Shown one piece after another: positions 52,001-64,000 of a DNA stretch of 64,000 nt. This DNA comes from Gracilinanus agilis. Lineage: Eukaryota. The notes under the pieces were generated by a model. It saw only the letters and a list, made by a program, of their open reading frames with translations. It had not been told where the DNA came from and did not search any database. The stretch is taken from assembly GCF_016433145.1 (NCBI RefSeq), contig NC_058132.1, positions 8,191,210-8,255,209 on the forward strand, read 5' to 3'. Numbering within the stretch: the first letter of the stretch is position 1; every line of letters starts with the position of its first letter. The translations under genes and the position numbers were made by a program.

Positions 52001-55000
52001 CTTTTAAGAGATGGATAACATACTTCCTTATTAGTCCTCTGGAAGATTGGTTGATTCTTTTATTAATCAAAGTTCCCAAGTCTTTCCAAATTGTTTTTTT
52101 GAGAGCGCTGTTGATATCGTATACATTGTTCTCCTGGTTCTTACCTCACTTTGCATCAATTCATACAAGTTTTCCCAGGTGTCTCTAAAACCACTCTCTT
52201 TTAAACTTTTTTCTTTATAGAATAATAATATTCCAATAATTCATTCAGCCATTCTCCACTAGAGTGGAGTGTGCCCTCCCTTAACGTCTAGTTCTTTACC
52301 ACTACAAAAAGAGTTGCTACCAAATTTTTTGTACATATGAATCTTTTCCCTCTTTTTAAAAAATGTAATTGAGATCTAGACTTAGAGTCAGAAGGTTCAA
52401 ACTCAAAGGTCAGCAATTTGGGAAGGTGTAGGTCCACATTGCTTTCCAGAATGCGTAGACCAATCCTTAGCTCCATCAATGGTGCGTTAATGTGCCCATT
52501 TTCCCATGGATTCCCCAATATTTTTTGTCATCATTGCCTAGCTAATGGATGTGAGACAGAATCTCAGTTGCTTTAATTTTCATTTCTCCAATTATTAGTC
52601 ATTTGGAGCACTTATAACATGATTGTTGATAACTTGACTTTCTTCTTTATAAATTACCTTTTATAGCCTTAGATCATTTATTAGTTGAGGGGGGAGTCTT
52701 ATTCTTGAACCAGCTCCAGATAGATAAATAGAGAGAGACATATATATATTAGAAATAAAACATTTTTAAGTTCAAAGAAATTGCAAGGAATTTTTGAGTT
52801 AATGGTTCCCATCTAATTTTAAATAATTGATTTTATTTGTGCAAATTTTTTAATATTAAATAATCAAAATTGTCTATTTTATCTCCCATGATTCTCTCTA
52901 TCCCTCTTATCCTATCCATAGATACGAAAGGTAATTTCTTCTGTGTCCCTCTAATTTGTATACGATGTGACCTTTTACATCTAAATCAGGAATCTATTTG
53001 TAGATTGTCTTCAAATGTGGTATGAGGTGTTGATGTAATTCTACTTTCTGCCAGACCACTTTTAGTTTTCCCACAATTCCTGTCAAATAATAAGTTTTCA
53101 CCCCAAAAACCGAGGCCTTTGGATTTATCAAACACAGGGTTACTAGGTGCATTTACTTCTATATGTTGTATACTTAATCTATTCCACTTTTTTGACCAGT
53201 TCCAAATAATTTTTTGATTACTACTTTGTGTTATAGTTTGAGATCTGGTAGTGCTAGGTCCTCTTCATTCCCATTTTTAATTTTTTTTTATTTAATCTTT
53301 TTTTTTTTTTCCTGGAACCCTTACCTTCCATCTTGGAATCAATACTGTATTGGTTCCAAGGCAGAAAGAAGAGTGATAAGGGCTAGGCAATGGGGTTCAA
53401 GTGACCTGCCCAGGGTCACCCAGCTGGGAAGTGTCTGAGGCCAGATTTGAACCTAGGACCTCCTGTCTCTAGACCTGGCTCTCAATCCACTGAGCTACCC
53501 AGCTGCCCCCTCATTCCCATTTTTTAAATTATCATTTATCTTGAAATTATTGATTATTTTAGATTCCGTATGAATTTTATTATTTGTTTCTTATTCTGTC
53601 AAATAATTGTTTGGTAGCTTGATTATTTTTAGCAATGAATAAGTCTACTGATTTAGGTGGTATTTAATTTTTTTTTCCCAGATTGTCTCAGTTTACATGA
53701 ATGGTGAATAATTCTTCAGTTATTTAAATTTGTCTTTATTCCTCAAAATAGAGGTTTCTTTTTTTTTAATTTGATATTTTATTTTTCCCCAATTTCATGT
53801 AAAATTTTTATAAAAGATTTTTTAAAATTTGGGGTTCTGCATTTTCTTCCTCCTCTCCCTTCTTGCTGAGACAGGTAAGCAATGTCATATAGATTTTACA
53901 TGTGCAACCATGTAAAACATTTTTCCATACTTATTCTTTTGTGGAAGACAATTAAAAACCCCTAAAAAACGAAGAAAGAAAGTGAAATATAATTTACTTT
54001 AGTCTGGGTTTAGACTCCATTCATTCTTTCTCTGGAAGCAGATGGTATTTTTCATCACGAGGCCTTTGGGATCGGCTTGAATGATTACATTGCTGAGAAT
54101 AGCTAAGTTATTCACAATTGTTTAAAAAGAGGTTTCTAATTGCTTTTATATAACTTCTATGTTTTGGTGAGTAGACCCAAGTTTGTTTGTTTTTTTAATT
54201 CTATAGTTATTTGAAATTGAATTTATCTTTCTAACCCCTTCCTGCTAAGTTTTTTCGGCAATATACAGAAGTACTGTGTGGTGTGTGTAGCTTTATTTTT
54301 TATCCTTCAATTTTGATAAATTATTTCAATGTATTTTTATTTGATCTTCTACTTTCTCTAAGTAAGCCATCATATCATTTACCAAAAAAATGACTATGTA
54401 ACCCTTTGTCTTGACTATTCTCTCAATGTCTTTTTCTTGTCTTATTGCTCTAATTAGCATTTCAAGTCCTATTGCAAAGAATAGTAGTGGTAATAGACAT
54501 CTTCGCTTTACTCCTGATCTTATTGGAAAGGCTTCTAGTTTATCCTGATTATATATAATGTTGGTTCAGTTGTTAATAGATACTACTCACTCTGTTAAGG
54601 AAAGGTCTATTTATTCATGTTCATTTTAATGTTCTGAACATTAATGGATATGAAAACCCATTGATTTTGTCAAAAGTTTTTTCTTGCATCTATAGATATA
54701 ATTATATGATTTAAAAATAGTTTTGCCTTACCTTTCTTTTCCTTTAAATCTTCTTCATAATCCGCCCTCCAAGGGTGGAGGTTGTTTTGTTGTTTCATTC
54801 ATTTGTTTTTCTTATGACTAACACATCCCTGAGTTTACCTTTCCTTTAATTCCCCTATTTCCCTTCTCTCTTCTCCCCATTCCTGTTTCTGCACTGACTT
54901 GAATGTATTTCTACACCAAACTCTGTATATGTGTGTATATCTTCTGACCTTTGACCAGTTCAGATGAAAATAGGTTTAAAAGAAGCACATCTCCCTTCCC

Positions 55001-58000
55001 TTCCCTTTCTTTTTTTTTTTTTTTATAGTCTTTTGCTTGTTTATTTTATTCAGTGGTTCCCAAACTTTTTTGGCTTCCCGCCCCCTTTCCAGAAAAAATA
55101 TTACTTAGCCCCCTGGAAATTAATTTTTTTAAAAATTTTAATAGCAATTAATAGGAAAGATAAATGCACCTGTGGCCATCACCGCCTCCCTGGATCTCTG
55201 CAGCACCCACCAGGGGGCGGTAGCAACCACTTTGGGAATCACTGAAGATTATATGAAATAGTAAGTTCCTCCCAAAACAAATCTAGAATACTCATTTTCC
55301 ATCCCTTTCTTCTTTTAAGAGCATCAAAACATTACAAACCCTCTCCCAGTCTCCTTGTCTTATGCCTGCCTCTATGACCCTTAATGGCATTTGAGCTCTA
55401 TGGTGGCACTTGTTTCTTTTTCCCCTATTCAGTAATAATAATGACAATAATAGCTAGCATTTACAAAGCACTTTAAGGTTTACAAATTGTACATCTGATT
55501 TCATTTGATTATCACAAAAACTCTGTGAAGTAGGTGATGGTAGTATCCCTATTTTACAGATGAGGAAACTGAAACTGAGAAAGGTTAAATGAATGCCCAG
55601 GTCACATGTAAATGCTTCATTGTCATTTAATCCCTTCTACTTGCTTGTGTTTTTCCATATATTTGTTCTAAAATTATATATTTTGCCTTTTAGAAATATT
55701 CTCAAGCTCTTCTCTCTTTTAACGTAGAAGCCACCAAATCTTGTGTGATTCTGACTACATTGCCACAGGATTTGACCTATTTCTTTCTGGATGCTTATAT
55801 TTCTGGATTTTGGCTATGACATTCTAGGGTGTTTTCCTTTTAGACTTTCCTTCAGGAGGTGATCAGTGAATTCCATTTTCACTTTGCCTTCTGTTTCTAA
55901 TAAGTCTGAGAAGTTTTCATTGATAATTTCTTTTGTCCTTTGTTTAAAAAATTTTTTTCACCATTACATGTAATAACAAATTTCCCATAACTTTTCCAAA
56001 GTTATATGATCCAATTTGTCTCCCTCTTTCCTTCTCTCTACTCTCTTGGAGCTGGCAAGCAATTCAATCTGCATGTATTATCCTGCAAACCATATTTCCA
56101 TGTTGTTCATTTTTATAAGTGAATTATTTTATAAAACCAAAACCCCAAAACATATACCCAAATAGAGAAGTGAAAAATCATATGCTTTGATCTGCATTCC
56201 AATTTCAATAGTTCTTTTTTTGGAGGTGGATAGCATTCTTTATCATAAGTCCCTCAGCATTGTCCTGGATCATCGTATTGCTGAGAGTAGCTCAGTCTGT
56301 TACAGTAGCTCATTCCACAATATTGCTGTTAAGGGTGTATAATGTTTTCCTGGTTCTGCTTATTTCACTCTGCATCAGTTCATGGAGATCTTTCCAGTTC
56401 TTTCTGAAATCATTCTGTTCATCATTCCTTATAGCACAATAGTATTCCATCACCATCATATACCACAGTTTGTTCAGCCATTCCCCAATTGATGGACAGC
56501 CCTTTAGTTTCTAATTCTTTGCCACTACAAAAAGCACAGCTATAAATAGTTTTGTACAAGCAGGTCCTTTTCCATTAAAATTTTTTTCCCTTTGGGATGC
56601 AGACCTAGTAATGGTATCACTGAATGAAAGGGCATATATTGTTTTATAGCCCTTTGGGCATAATTCTAAATTGCTCTCCAGAATGCTTAGATCAGTTCAC
56701 AATTCCACCAGCAATGCATTAGTGTCCCAATTTTGCCACATCCCCTCCAACATTTATCATTTTCTTTTACTGTCATATTATTCACTCTGATAGATGTGAG
56801 GTGGTACCTCAGAATTGTTTTAATTTGCATTTCTCTAACCAAGAGGAATTTAGAACGTTTTGATGAGTTCTTAAAATATGGCATACAAGTTAATTTTTTT
56901 TGGTCATGAACTTCATGTACTGCAATGATTCTTAGATTTTTTTTTTCTGTGTCCTTTTTCCCAAGTCAGTTGTTTTTTATATGAATTATGTCATATTTCC
57001 TTTTTTCTTTTTAAGCCCTTTGGTCTTCTTTTAACATATATTCTAGTTCCATGAAGTCATTCACTTCTACTTGGTCTATTCCAATTTTCAGAGTCTGCTG
57101 CTTTGAGTTGGTTTTGGACTTCTTAAATGAATAATTCTCCTCTCGAGTCCTTCTAGATTTCTTAGTTCTTTTCCAATTCTTCCCATAAGAGAGATCTCAT
57201 TTCATTTATTGGGAGTTCCTGGCTCCATTTTTTTGTGAGTGTCTTTTTTTTGTTTGTCTCTTTATTCATTATTCTATTCTTAATTCCAGAATTGAAATGA
57301 GAGTTTGTGTTAGGGCTAGGCTCTGCACATTTATGGAGTGGATGTCTGGGCCTTGCGGGTCTTGTTTTATATTCTCTTGGACCCCTTTCCCTGAATATTG
57401 AGTGCTGTATTTTTCTTTTTCTTTTTCTTTTTAAACCCTTAACTTCTGTGTATTGGCTCCTAGGTGGAAGAATGGTAAGGGTGGGCAATGGGGGTCAAGT
57501 GACTTGCCCAGGGTCACACAGCTGGGAAGTGTCTGAGGCCGGATTTGAACCTAGGACCTCCCGTCTCTAGGCCTGGCTCTCAATCCACTGAGCTACCCAG
57601 CTGCCCCCCAAGCGCTGTATTTTTCAAGGAAGTCAGAGGTGGCTTGGACCATATTCACTTTCAGTGTACCCTAAACTGTTTGATATAGAGCAATGCTGGA
57701 TCTCTACCTTCCTAGATGGAATATCGCAATCTCCTGACCCCATTTGGAGTCTGGTTGCAACTTCTCAAGCCTGATCCGTGGTTGGAGTACCAACAGACTG
57801 CTTCTGGCTGCAGACCAGTCCCTTGGAGCTAGCTAGAAGTGTCTTCAGGTGCAAAGTGATTAAACCACAAGCTCAATCTGGCCTCTGTTCCATCTCCTAC
57901 CTACTCAGCTCTAGGCCCCAGGATTGAATGTGCAAACTCCCTCAGAGGTCAGAGCCAAACAGCTGCAGCCTTTTAGCCTTTGCCCAATGCATAGCCTTGG

Positions 58001-61000
58001 GCCTGCTCTGCATGGATTCATGACTTCTCCCTTAGTTCACGTTGGACCAGTGACCCAGCTTCTGAGCCAGAAGACCCAGCTGCACAGCCGTAGGTCCCTT
58101 TGTGCTGAATTTATTCCCATATTAGAAGAAGGCTCTGCGTGGGCTTTCTTGACTGGAATCTCTTCACACTACCCACAGGCCTCTGGCTATATCCTTTTGT
58201 TGACTTGAGCTAGTAAAATGACTCACTGAGGCGAGATGCTCCATCCAACCTCTGACTCTCCCAGTGACTTCTTGGTCAGGTGATTTTCCTTAACCTTTGT
58301 TGGACTAGTTGAGAAAGGGAGAGAGCTAGGCTGTCCTGCTTTCTCCAACTCATCGATCACTGCCAATTTCTACTGAATTTTATTTTAAGATCCCTTTGAA
58401 TCCCACGTCTGTCATCCATTGTGCTAAATAGCTCTCCCAGTTTCGGATCATCTGCCAATTTGATGAGAATTCCATCTGCGCCTTTGCCCAAGTCATCGAT
58501 AAACACGTTAAAGAGCCAGAGCCAAGTGCAGGTCCCCATCGCACTCCACCGGAGACCTCTTGCCAGGCTGATCCTGAGTCATTATTAACAAGCGCTCTTT
58601 GAATTGGGTCATCCAACCAGTCCTGAAGCCATCTGTTATGGACTAGCCCCCATTTCTCCAGCTTCTTCACAAGAATAGGTCAGAGACATTTTCTCAAAAG
58701 CTTTACTGAAACCAAGATGAACGGAACCCATAGCATTCTCCACATTTACCAGTTTAGTAACCTCGTCCCCAGAAAGGGATTGATGTTGGGCCAGTATAAC
58801 CCATGCTCTGTGAAACAAGGTAGGCTCTTTGGAATCACCGCTTCTCTTTCCAAAGGTTTGCCAGGCCTATCTCTAAGGATCCTTTCTAGAATATTTTTCA
58901 AAATTCCAAGTCAAGTTCACTGGCCTAGAGTTGGCAGCTTCTGTTCTCTTCCTTCCTTGGAAACTGGGACATTTGCCCTTCTCCAATCTCATTGTTCCTC
59001 CCTCGTCTCCCATGATCTTTCAATTATCACTGTCAATGGTTCAGCAAAAATATCCATGAGTTTGTTGCGGGGGTGAATGGTTAGTGAAGATGTCATTCAT
59101 CAGGGCTGTGACTCAAATTCTTCAAGGGCAGTTAAGGACTCTTGCTGTCTCCTCACTTCTCTCTGGTATCACCTCCCTCTTTATTTTTTTTTTCCTTCTG
59201 TTATTTCCAGTGCCAAGATCATTCTCCTTGGCAAAAATAAATAAAAATAAAAACTGGACAGTGCCATCCGCCCTAATCGAAGAAACAAAATTTCTTTTTT
59301 CATCCTTTTTCTACCAATGCAACTTTAAAAACATTTTTTTTTACTCTTAGTTTTCCTTATCTTCAGCTAATCGTAGGTTTTTTTTTAAAGCAATTTTGCT
59401 GTTACTTTTATAAGACTTAATATAAATCATGCCCCTATATTCAGCTTCTATTACTTGGTCTTGCTTCCACCGTTTTACTTTTTATTTTTAAAATCTAAGT
59501 CAATTGGTGAGCTCCCTGCTTATCCACATGTCTCTTCAGGCAAATCCCATCATCCCTCCTCGTGGGAATTCTTTCCCTCTCTATCCCATGACCTTCATTC
59601 TTCAGCACTCCCCATCCCTCCTAAGCTGACTTCCCCCATTGCATTTTAGGTCATGGGACCCTTCCTGTCTTTCCTCTGAAGCCTTGGAGATCTGCTTTCC
59701 CAAAATCTAGTGTGCATGTCAGTCTATGCAGAGGCAATTGGGGACACGGTACAGAGAGTGCTGGACCTGGATTCAGTTAAGACCCGTGTTCAAATTCATC
59801 CTCAGACACTTACTAGCTTTGTGACCCTGGGCAAGGCATTTAACTTCTTGCCTCCATTTTCTCATCTGTAAAATGGAGATCACAATAGCACCCACTTCTC
59901 AGGGTTGTGAGGATCCAATGAGCTAATCCTCTTAAAGCACAGTGCCTGGCACATAGTAGGTGCTTAATGTTTATTCCTTTCTCTTACTTGTGCCAAGATT
60001 TCCCCTCCTGGCCATATGCATGCCTATAACACTTCCTCCCTGGGTTCCTAGCCTTCCCACCCCAGCAAGCAGACCCTGAAAGCAAGAATCAGATGTAGAA
60101 GAAAATCTCCTTTTCTTCCTTCATCCACATCTTGAAGGATGAAATTCTTAGAAAGGCCAGTCAAAAAGTCCTTTGGCTTTTGGTATAGACAGAGACAGAG
60201 AGGGAGAGAAGTGGGAGGGAGAGAGAGACAGAGAGAGAAAAGGAAGAAAAGAGAGACAGTGAGAGAGACAAGATGAGCCAGAGAAGAGAGGGAGAGGGGA
60301 GGGCTTACTGCAGAGCTGACCTTGTGTTCTTTGGCCCCTTTCCCATTTCAATCCTCTTGTGGCTTCACAAACCTCCAGAAGTCCTGATCCCCCACCAGTG
60401 GCCCCTGAATCCAGAGCCTTCATTGTAGAGATGTCAGAACTGGAGGCTGAGAGGAGGATGGCTTTTCCGAAGTCAGTCTTGCACTATGTCTCCACATATG
60501 AATGGGTTCTCCTGGTCTCTTGAGGGGGTCTGGATGGGGCTAACTGGAGTAACAGTTCAATTCTTGCTTCAGAGAGCAGATGACAGGAGCATACTTCAAA
60601 TACAAGGGCATCAACTTTCCTGTGGGCATCTACGAGCCAGAGACCTTAAGCTATGTGGAGAAGGACTTCAAGGTCAAGAATGATGATATCTTCATTGTAA
60701 CCTATCCCAAGTCAGGTAGGACAAAAGGCTGTCCTTTCCCAGGAAACAGCCTTCCTTGAGCCCCTAGACCAGTGGTTCCCAAACTTTTTTGGCCTCCCAC
60801 CCCCTTTCCAGAAAAAATATTACTTAGCCCCCTGGGAATTAATTTAGAAAATTTTTAATAGCAATTAATAGGAAAGATAAATGCACCTGTGGCCATCACC
60901 GCTTTCCTAGATCGCTGTAGCAACCACCAGGGGGCGGTGGTGCCCACTTTGGGAATCACTGCCCTAGACCGAGGATCCCAAATGCTCCATCCCAAACCTA

Positions 61001-62700
61001 TTCGCCTTTGCCCGCTTATCTTTCTCAATGACCCCTCTCCTTCCCTTCAGCATCTCTCCTGACCCACTCAAGTTTTTCTCCTCCCCTTACTACCCCCTCC
61101 TTACTACTTTCCCTCTAGGTACTACTTGGATGATTGAGATTCTGAGCCTAATATTGAAGAATGGGGATCCCTCCTGGGCCCGCTCAGTCCCCAATTGGGA
61201 TCGAGCCCCTTGGTGTGAGACTGTCCAGGGCTCATGGCAAATCATGCAGATGCCCAGCCCCCGCCTCATCAGCTCCCACCTCCCCATTCAGCTCTTCCCC
61301 CGGAATTTTTTCAACTCAAAAGCCAAGGTGAGCCTGCCTCACTGCTCCTAACTGCTCAGGGGCAGACCAAGCAAAGCCCAGGGAATGGAGTCGTGGACAC
61401 CCAGGTTCTCGCCCTGCTTCTTACATTTTCCAGCTGTGGGACATTAGACAAGTCACTTCATGTCTCTGGCCTCTAGGGAGGCTTCCCGAGGGTCAGGGAA
61501 GCCTCTTACACCCATCCAAAATGCCAGCTGTCGAGATTTTCTTGGGAGCCTGGGAGAGGGCTAGAGGAAGCTAGTGGACAAGTTCGAAGTCACACTGACT
61601 CCTCCATCGCACGGGTCCCAGGATTTTTTCCCCAGGAGGCTCCATTAGTCATGACCTCCATCTCCTCCTTTTCCCTTCTTCCCTGGAGGGCCTGGTGCTT
61701 GTTCACTAGGCTTCCTGGTTATGGATGGCAACCCATGATAGTGACCGGACAGCGTTCATTTCTCTGGCCCATTAGGGTCTGGAAAGCCAGGTTAGCCTCT
61801 GTTAAGTGACTTCTCTGTGGTCCCACAGCCATCAGGTGAGAGGGGGTGGCCTACTTCCTATGTCATCGCCTCATCTGACTCCTGTGCCCTTTGGAGATGG
61901 GGGATTGGGGGGGCCAGGAGCCCTCACTCTCTGATCCAGCCCTCACTGGCTCCCTTAGGTCGTCTACATAAGCCGAAACCCCCGAGATGTCTTGGTTTCC
62001 CTCTACCACTACAGCAAGATTGCTGGCCACCTCAAGGACCCAGAGAACCCAGACCAATTCTTTCAGGATTTTCTCGATGGAGAAAGTGAGGACCAGGGCA
62101 AGGACATGGGCCAGAAGTGGGGGGAAATAGCCACCAGCCTAAAGAGGCACAGAGATCGAGATGGGAACAGTCACAGGGAGGCAGAGGCAGCTAAATATGG
62201 GGATTGCCCAAAGGGGGAAGCTAGAGAGGGAGGCCCAGACAGATAGGGAGAAAGCAGCAGGGATCCAGGGAGGCTGAAGTGGAAAAGATAGAGAAGAAAT
62301 AGGGATGGAAGGGGAGGGAGAGGGAAACAGAGAGAGAGGGAGGAAAAGAGGTAGAGTCAGAGGCAGAGACTGGACCAATAACGACTATACTGAGACGGGA
62401 TAGTGCTAGGGTCTGGGTGGGAGAAATACCTATTGTTGAAGGGTGGTGAGACCCTAGTACAGTCAGGGCAGGAGGCAGAGGGGCTGTGTGAATGAGCTGA
62501 AGGTTAATGGTCTTGGGTAGGTAGGGAGATGGGATTGGCGTGGTGGATGGACCAGTTCCCTAATGCTCCTGTGTCCTGTCCCCAAATTTCTCCCCAAATT
62601 CTCAGTACAATTTGGTTCCTGGTTTGATCACATCAAGGGATGGATGCGAATGGAGGGAAAGGACAACTTTTTGTTCACCACCTATGAAGAACTACAAGAG
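46035..62700 (+). CDS. SULT2B1: Hydroxysteroid/cholesterol sulfotransferase 2B1 (b-type), partial; 3' exons lie beyond the window
   Basis: Exon 1B CDS 46035-46111 (CCACCATGG Kozak; [25 protein letters not shown], phase 2, GAG|GTGAG), then 60573-60715, 61119-61327, 61959-62085, 62606-62700. Motifs [42 protein letters not shown] fit SULT2B1 better than SULT2A1. The exon 1B assignment is less certain than the rest. Confidence 0.88.
46740..46975 (-). mobile_element. RTE-tailed CORE SINE (Mar1-like)
   Basis: ..GGCAGAGATCCTGGAGTGGTTCGCC..CATTTTACAAATGAGGAAACTGAGG..GGTCACACAGCTAG. Similar elements lie at about 15200-15390 (+) and 51090-51310 (+). Confidence 0.6.
47590..47790 (-). mobile_element. 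SINE1_Mdo-type SINE
   Basis: Full-length with poly-T; TSD CCCATTTCTC(C/T)ATTCTT. Further copies lie at about 50490-50690 (+), 53280-53510 (-) and 57410-57608 (-); the last two have visible TSDs. Confidence 0.88.
48104..48143. repeat. (CAGT)n microsatellite
   Basis: About 10 perfect CAGT units at the tail of an L2/MIR3-like fragment. Confidence 0.9.
51330..51800 (-). mobile_element. CR1/L3 LINE 3' fragment
   Basis: Reverse-strand CR1 motifs (..TTCTCCAGACTAAAC..CCAGTTCCTTCAAC..CTCCTCTGGACAC..). Confidence 0.65.
51830..57400 (-). mobile_element. Stacked degenerate LINE-1 fragments
   Basis: T-rich + strand; L1 ORF2 C-terminal remnants such as [19 protein letters not shown]...[18 protein letters not shown] (56687-56884). 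Interrupted by SINEs and a MITE. Confidence 0.85.
55051..55244. mobile_element. hAT MITE, same family as 1791-1981 (inverted)
   Basis: CAGTGGTTCCCAAA...TTTGGGAATCACTG; no matching TSD (ATTTTATT vs AAGATTAT). Confidence 0.9.
58330..59650 (-). mobile_element. CR1/L3 LINE reverse transcriptase remnant
   Basis: [27 protein letters not shown] matches the CR1 RT core (LFNIFINDL...KFADDTKLG); frameshifted. Confidence 0.85.
59725..59975 (+). mobile_element. MIR SINE
   Basis: ..CTCAGACACTTACTAGC..GTGACCCTGGGCAAG..CATCTGTAAAATGGAG..GTGCCTGGCACATAGTAGGTGCTTAAT. Confidence 0.8.
60770..60961. mobile_element. hAT MITE, same family as 1791-1981, in a SULT2B1 intron
   Basis: TIRs CAGTGGTTCCCAAA and TTTGGGAATCACTG; perfect TSD CCCTAGAC (60762-60769 and 60962-60969); 54 nt downstream of the exon donor. 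Confidence 0.93.
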
Positions 62701-64000
62701 GTCAGCAAATTCTCTGCCTGCGCCCCTCCCACTCCTTCACCCCCTGACCCTCCCTCCTCCTTCCCCCCACTACAGCTCCCTGTGACCACACACAAGTTTC
62801 GTTGCCTCTCTTGGGGCCTCAGTTTCCCGCTCGGTTAGATGGGGGGTTTTCTGGGCCTATGATGGACTCACCTAATGGATAGAATGTGGGGCTCACAGAG
62901 TGGATGCTGGCCAAGCACCTACGATTGTCGGTCTCGTCTCAATGAAGTTCCATCTTAACCTCTTACTCTATGTAAATGGGCTAAGACATGAGCCTTCCCC
63001 TCCAAGACAAGTTCACAAACACCCAGGTAGAAAGAAGAGCAGGGCAAATGGGAAGAGGCGCCCCGGGGTAGGCAGGTGTGGCTAAGCTGGACAAGTCCTG
63101 CAGGGCCATCAGGACAGAGAAGGACCTCAGGCTTGGGACACTGCACTAGAAGCAGAAAGGATCAGAACGCCGTCCGCCTCCACGATGGGCGCATTTTGTC
63201 TTGCCGTCAGGCCCCGCTCCCGAAAGACGAAAGCCGTCTCCCTCGCCGCTGTCCTATTTAGCTCAGTACTTTCCCCCTTACTGATCTCAGCTCCCGTAGC
63301 CCCACCATCATCTCGTCTGCTGCTCCAGCCCCGACCTCCTAACCTAGAGGCTCACGTTGGATCTCCCCATCCATATGGCCCTAGACACCCCCACTTCAAC
63401 CTGCCTACAGCTGCTCTCATGGCCTTTCCCTTCCCCTCGGGCGTCGAGGGCATCGCCACGGTGCTGGTCCAGCCTCCCTCGCATCCCAGGCTTCTCCCTC
63501 TTCCTTATTGTCCAGGAAGCGGCCACAGGCAAACCTTGGCCTTCCTGCTCTGGCAGCACCCTTCAGATCCACAGTCTCTAGCGCCGCTTTAGAGTCCGGC
63601 GCTCTTCCTAACTTCCCTGCCAGAAGCCTCTTCCCTGGCTGCCCCCCACTTGTCTCCATGTTGCCTCCCTGTGAGACTGAACTCCCCGAGGCCAGGGATT
63701 GGTTTTTTCTGCTTTTGTATGGCCAGAGATCAGGCCGGTGCCCGGCCCGAGAAGGGCTCCATAAAGGCTCGTGGATGGAAGGGAGGGAGGAGGGGTTCCT
63801 GGAGGCCTTCGAGGGGAGGCCGGATTCCCACTGGTCCAGCAGGTTGCTGAAGGGCCCCGAGACGAGTCGGACGAGATGCCGGCAGCGTCCCTCCCAGCTC
63901 CCAGCTTCTGGGATGCAGCGAGCCATTGGAGAATGACAGAGGGATGAAATCACTGCAGCGCTGGCTTGGTCGGTAGGGTGGGGAGGCTAGGGAAGGCTCC

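Noticed and set aside
60420-60520. ATG-initiated stretch [19 protein letters not shown] upstream of the SULT2B1 shared exon as a possible exon 1A
   Set aside because: No convincing in-phase donor, no similarity to SULT2B1a, and an in-frame TAA at 60550 blocks read-through.
62700-64000. Search for the remaining SULT2B1 exons (DLQGSV..., RKG..GDWK)
   Set aside because: Not found in the window. The gene most likely continues past 64000, so it was not called a pseudogene.

Overview
Marsupial genomic DNA, most likely the opossum Monodelphis domestica, judged from SINE1_Mdo-type SINEs, marsupial L1, RTE-tailed SINEs and hAT MITEs. It is partly syntenic with human 19q13.33. Bases 1-15.5 kb are AT-rich and made of nested transposons: L1, SINEs, hAT MITEs, solo LTRs and a probable ERV remnant. 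Bases 15.5-18.8 kb are an unidentified GC-rich unique block with a 300-codon Pro/Ser-rich ORF that runs into a 500-N gap. Bases 19.3-45 kb are a very compact, GC/CpG-rich gene cluster: the 3' half of AP2A1 (+, with a U12 AT-AC intron and the 66-nt alternative exon), FUZ (-), MED25 (+), PNKP (-), AKT1S1 (-) and TBC1D17 (+, last exon lost in a second 500-N gap). After that gap lies SULT2B1 (+): a 1B-type first exon at 46.0 kb, a 14.5-kb repeat-filled intron, and four more exons at 60.6-62.7 kb, with the gene continuing beyond the window. All exon boundaries were read by hand and sum to intact reading frames. The main observations are: (1) no PTOV1 and no room for it between MED25 and PNKP; (2) the unidentified PLPVTSSP-repeat ORF; (3) a same-strand CCAAT array in the AKT1S1 3'UTR directly upstream of PNKP; (4) four RFX X-boxes in the FUZ/MED25 divergent region; (5) SULT2B1 keeps the 1B exon but has no 1A-type N-terminus; (6) SULT2B1 sits where human has IL4I1/NUP62, but only across an unsized gap. 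Gene names rest on my recall of the human proteins; no database search was run.
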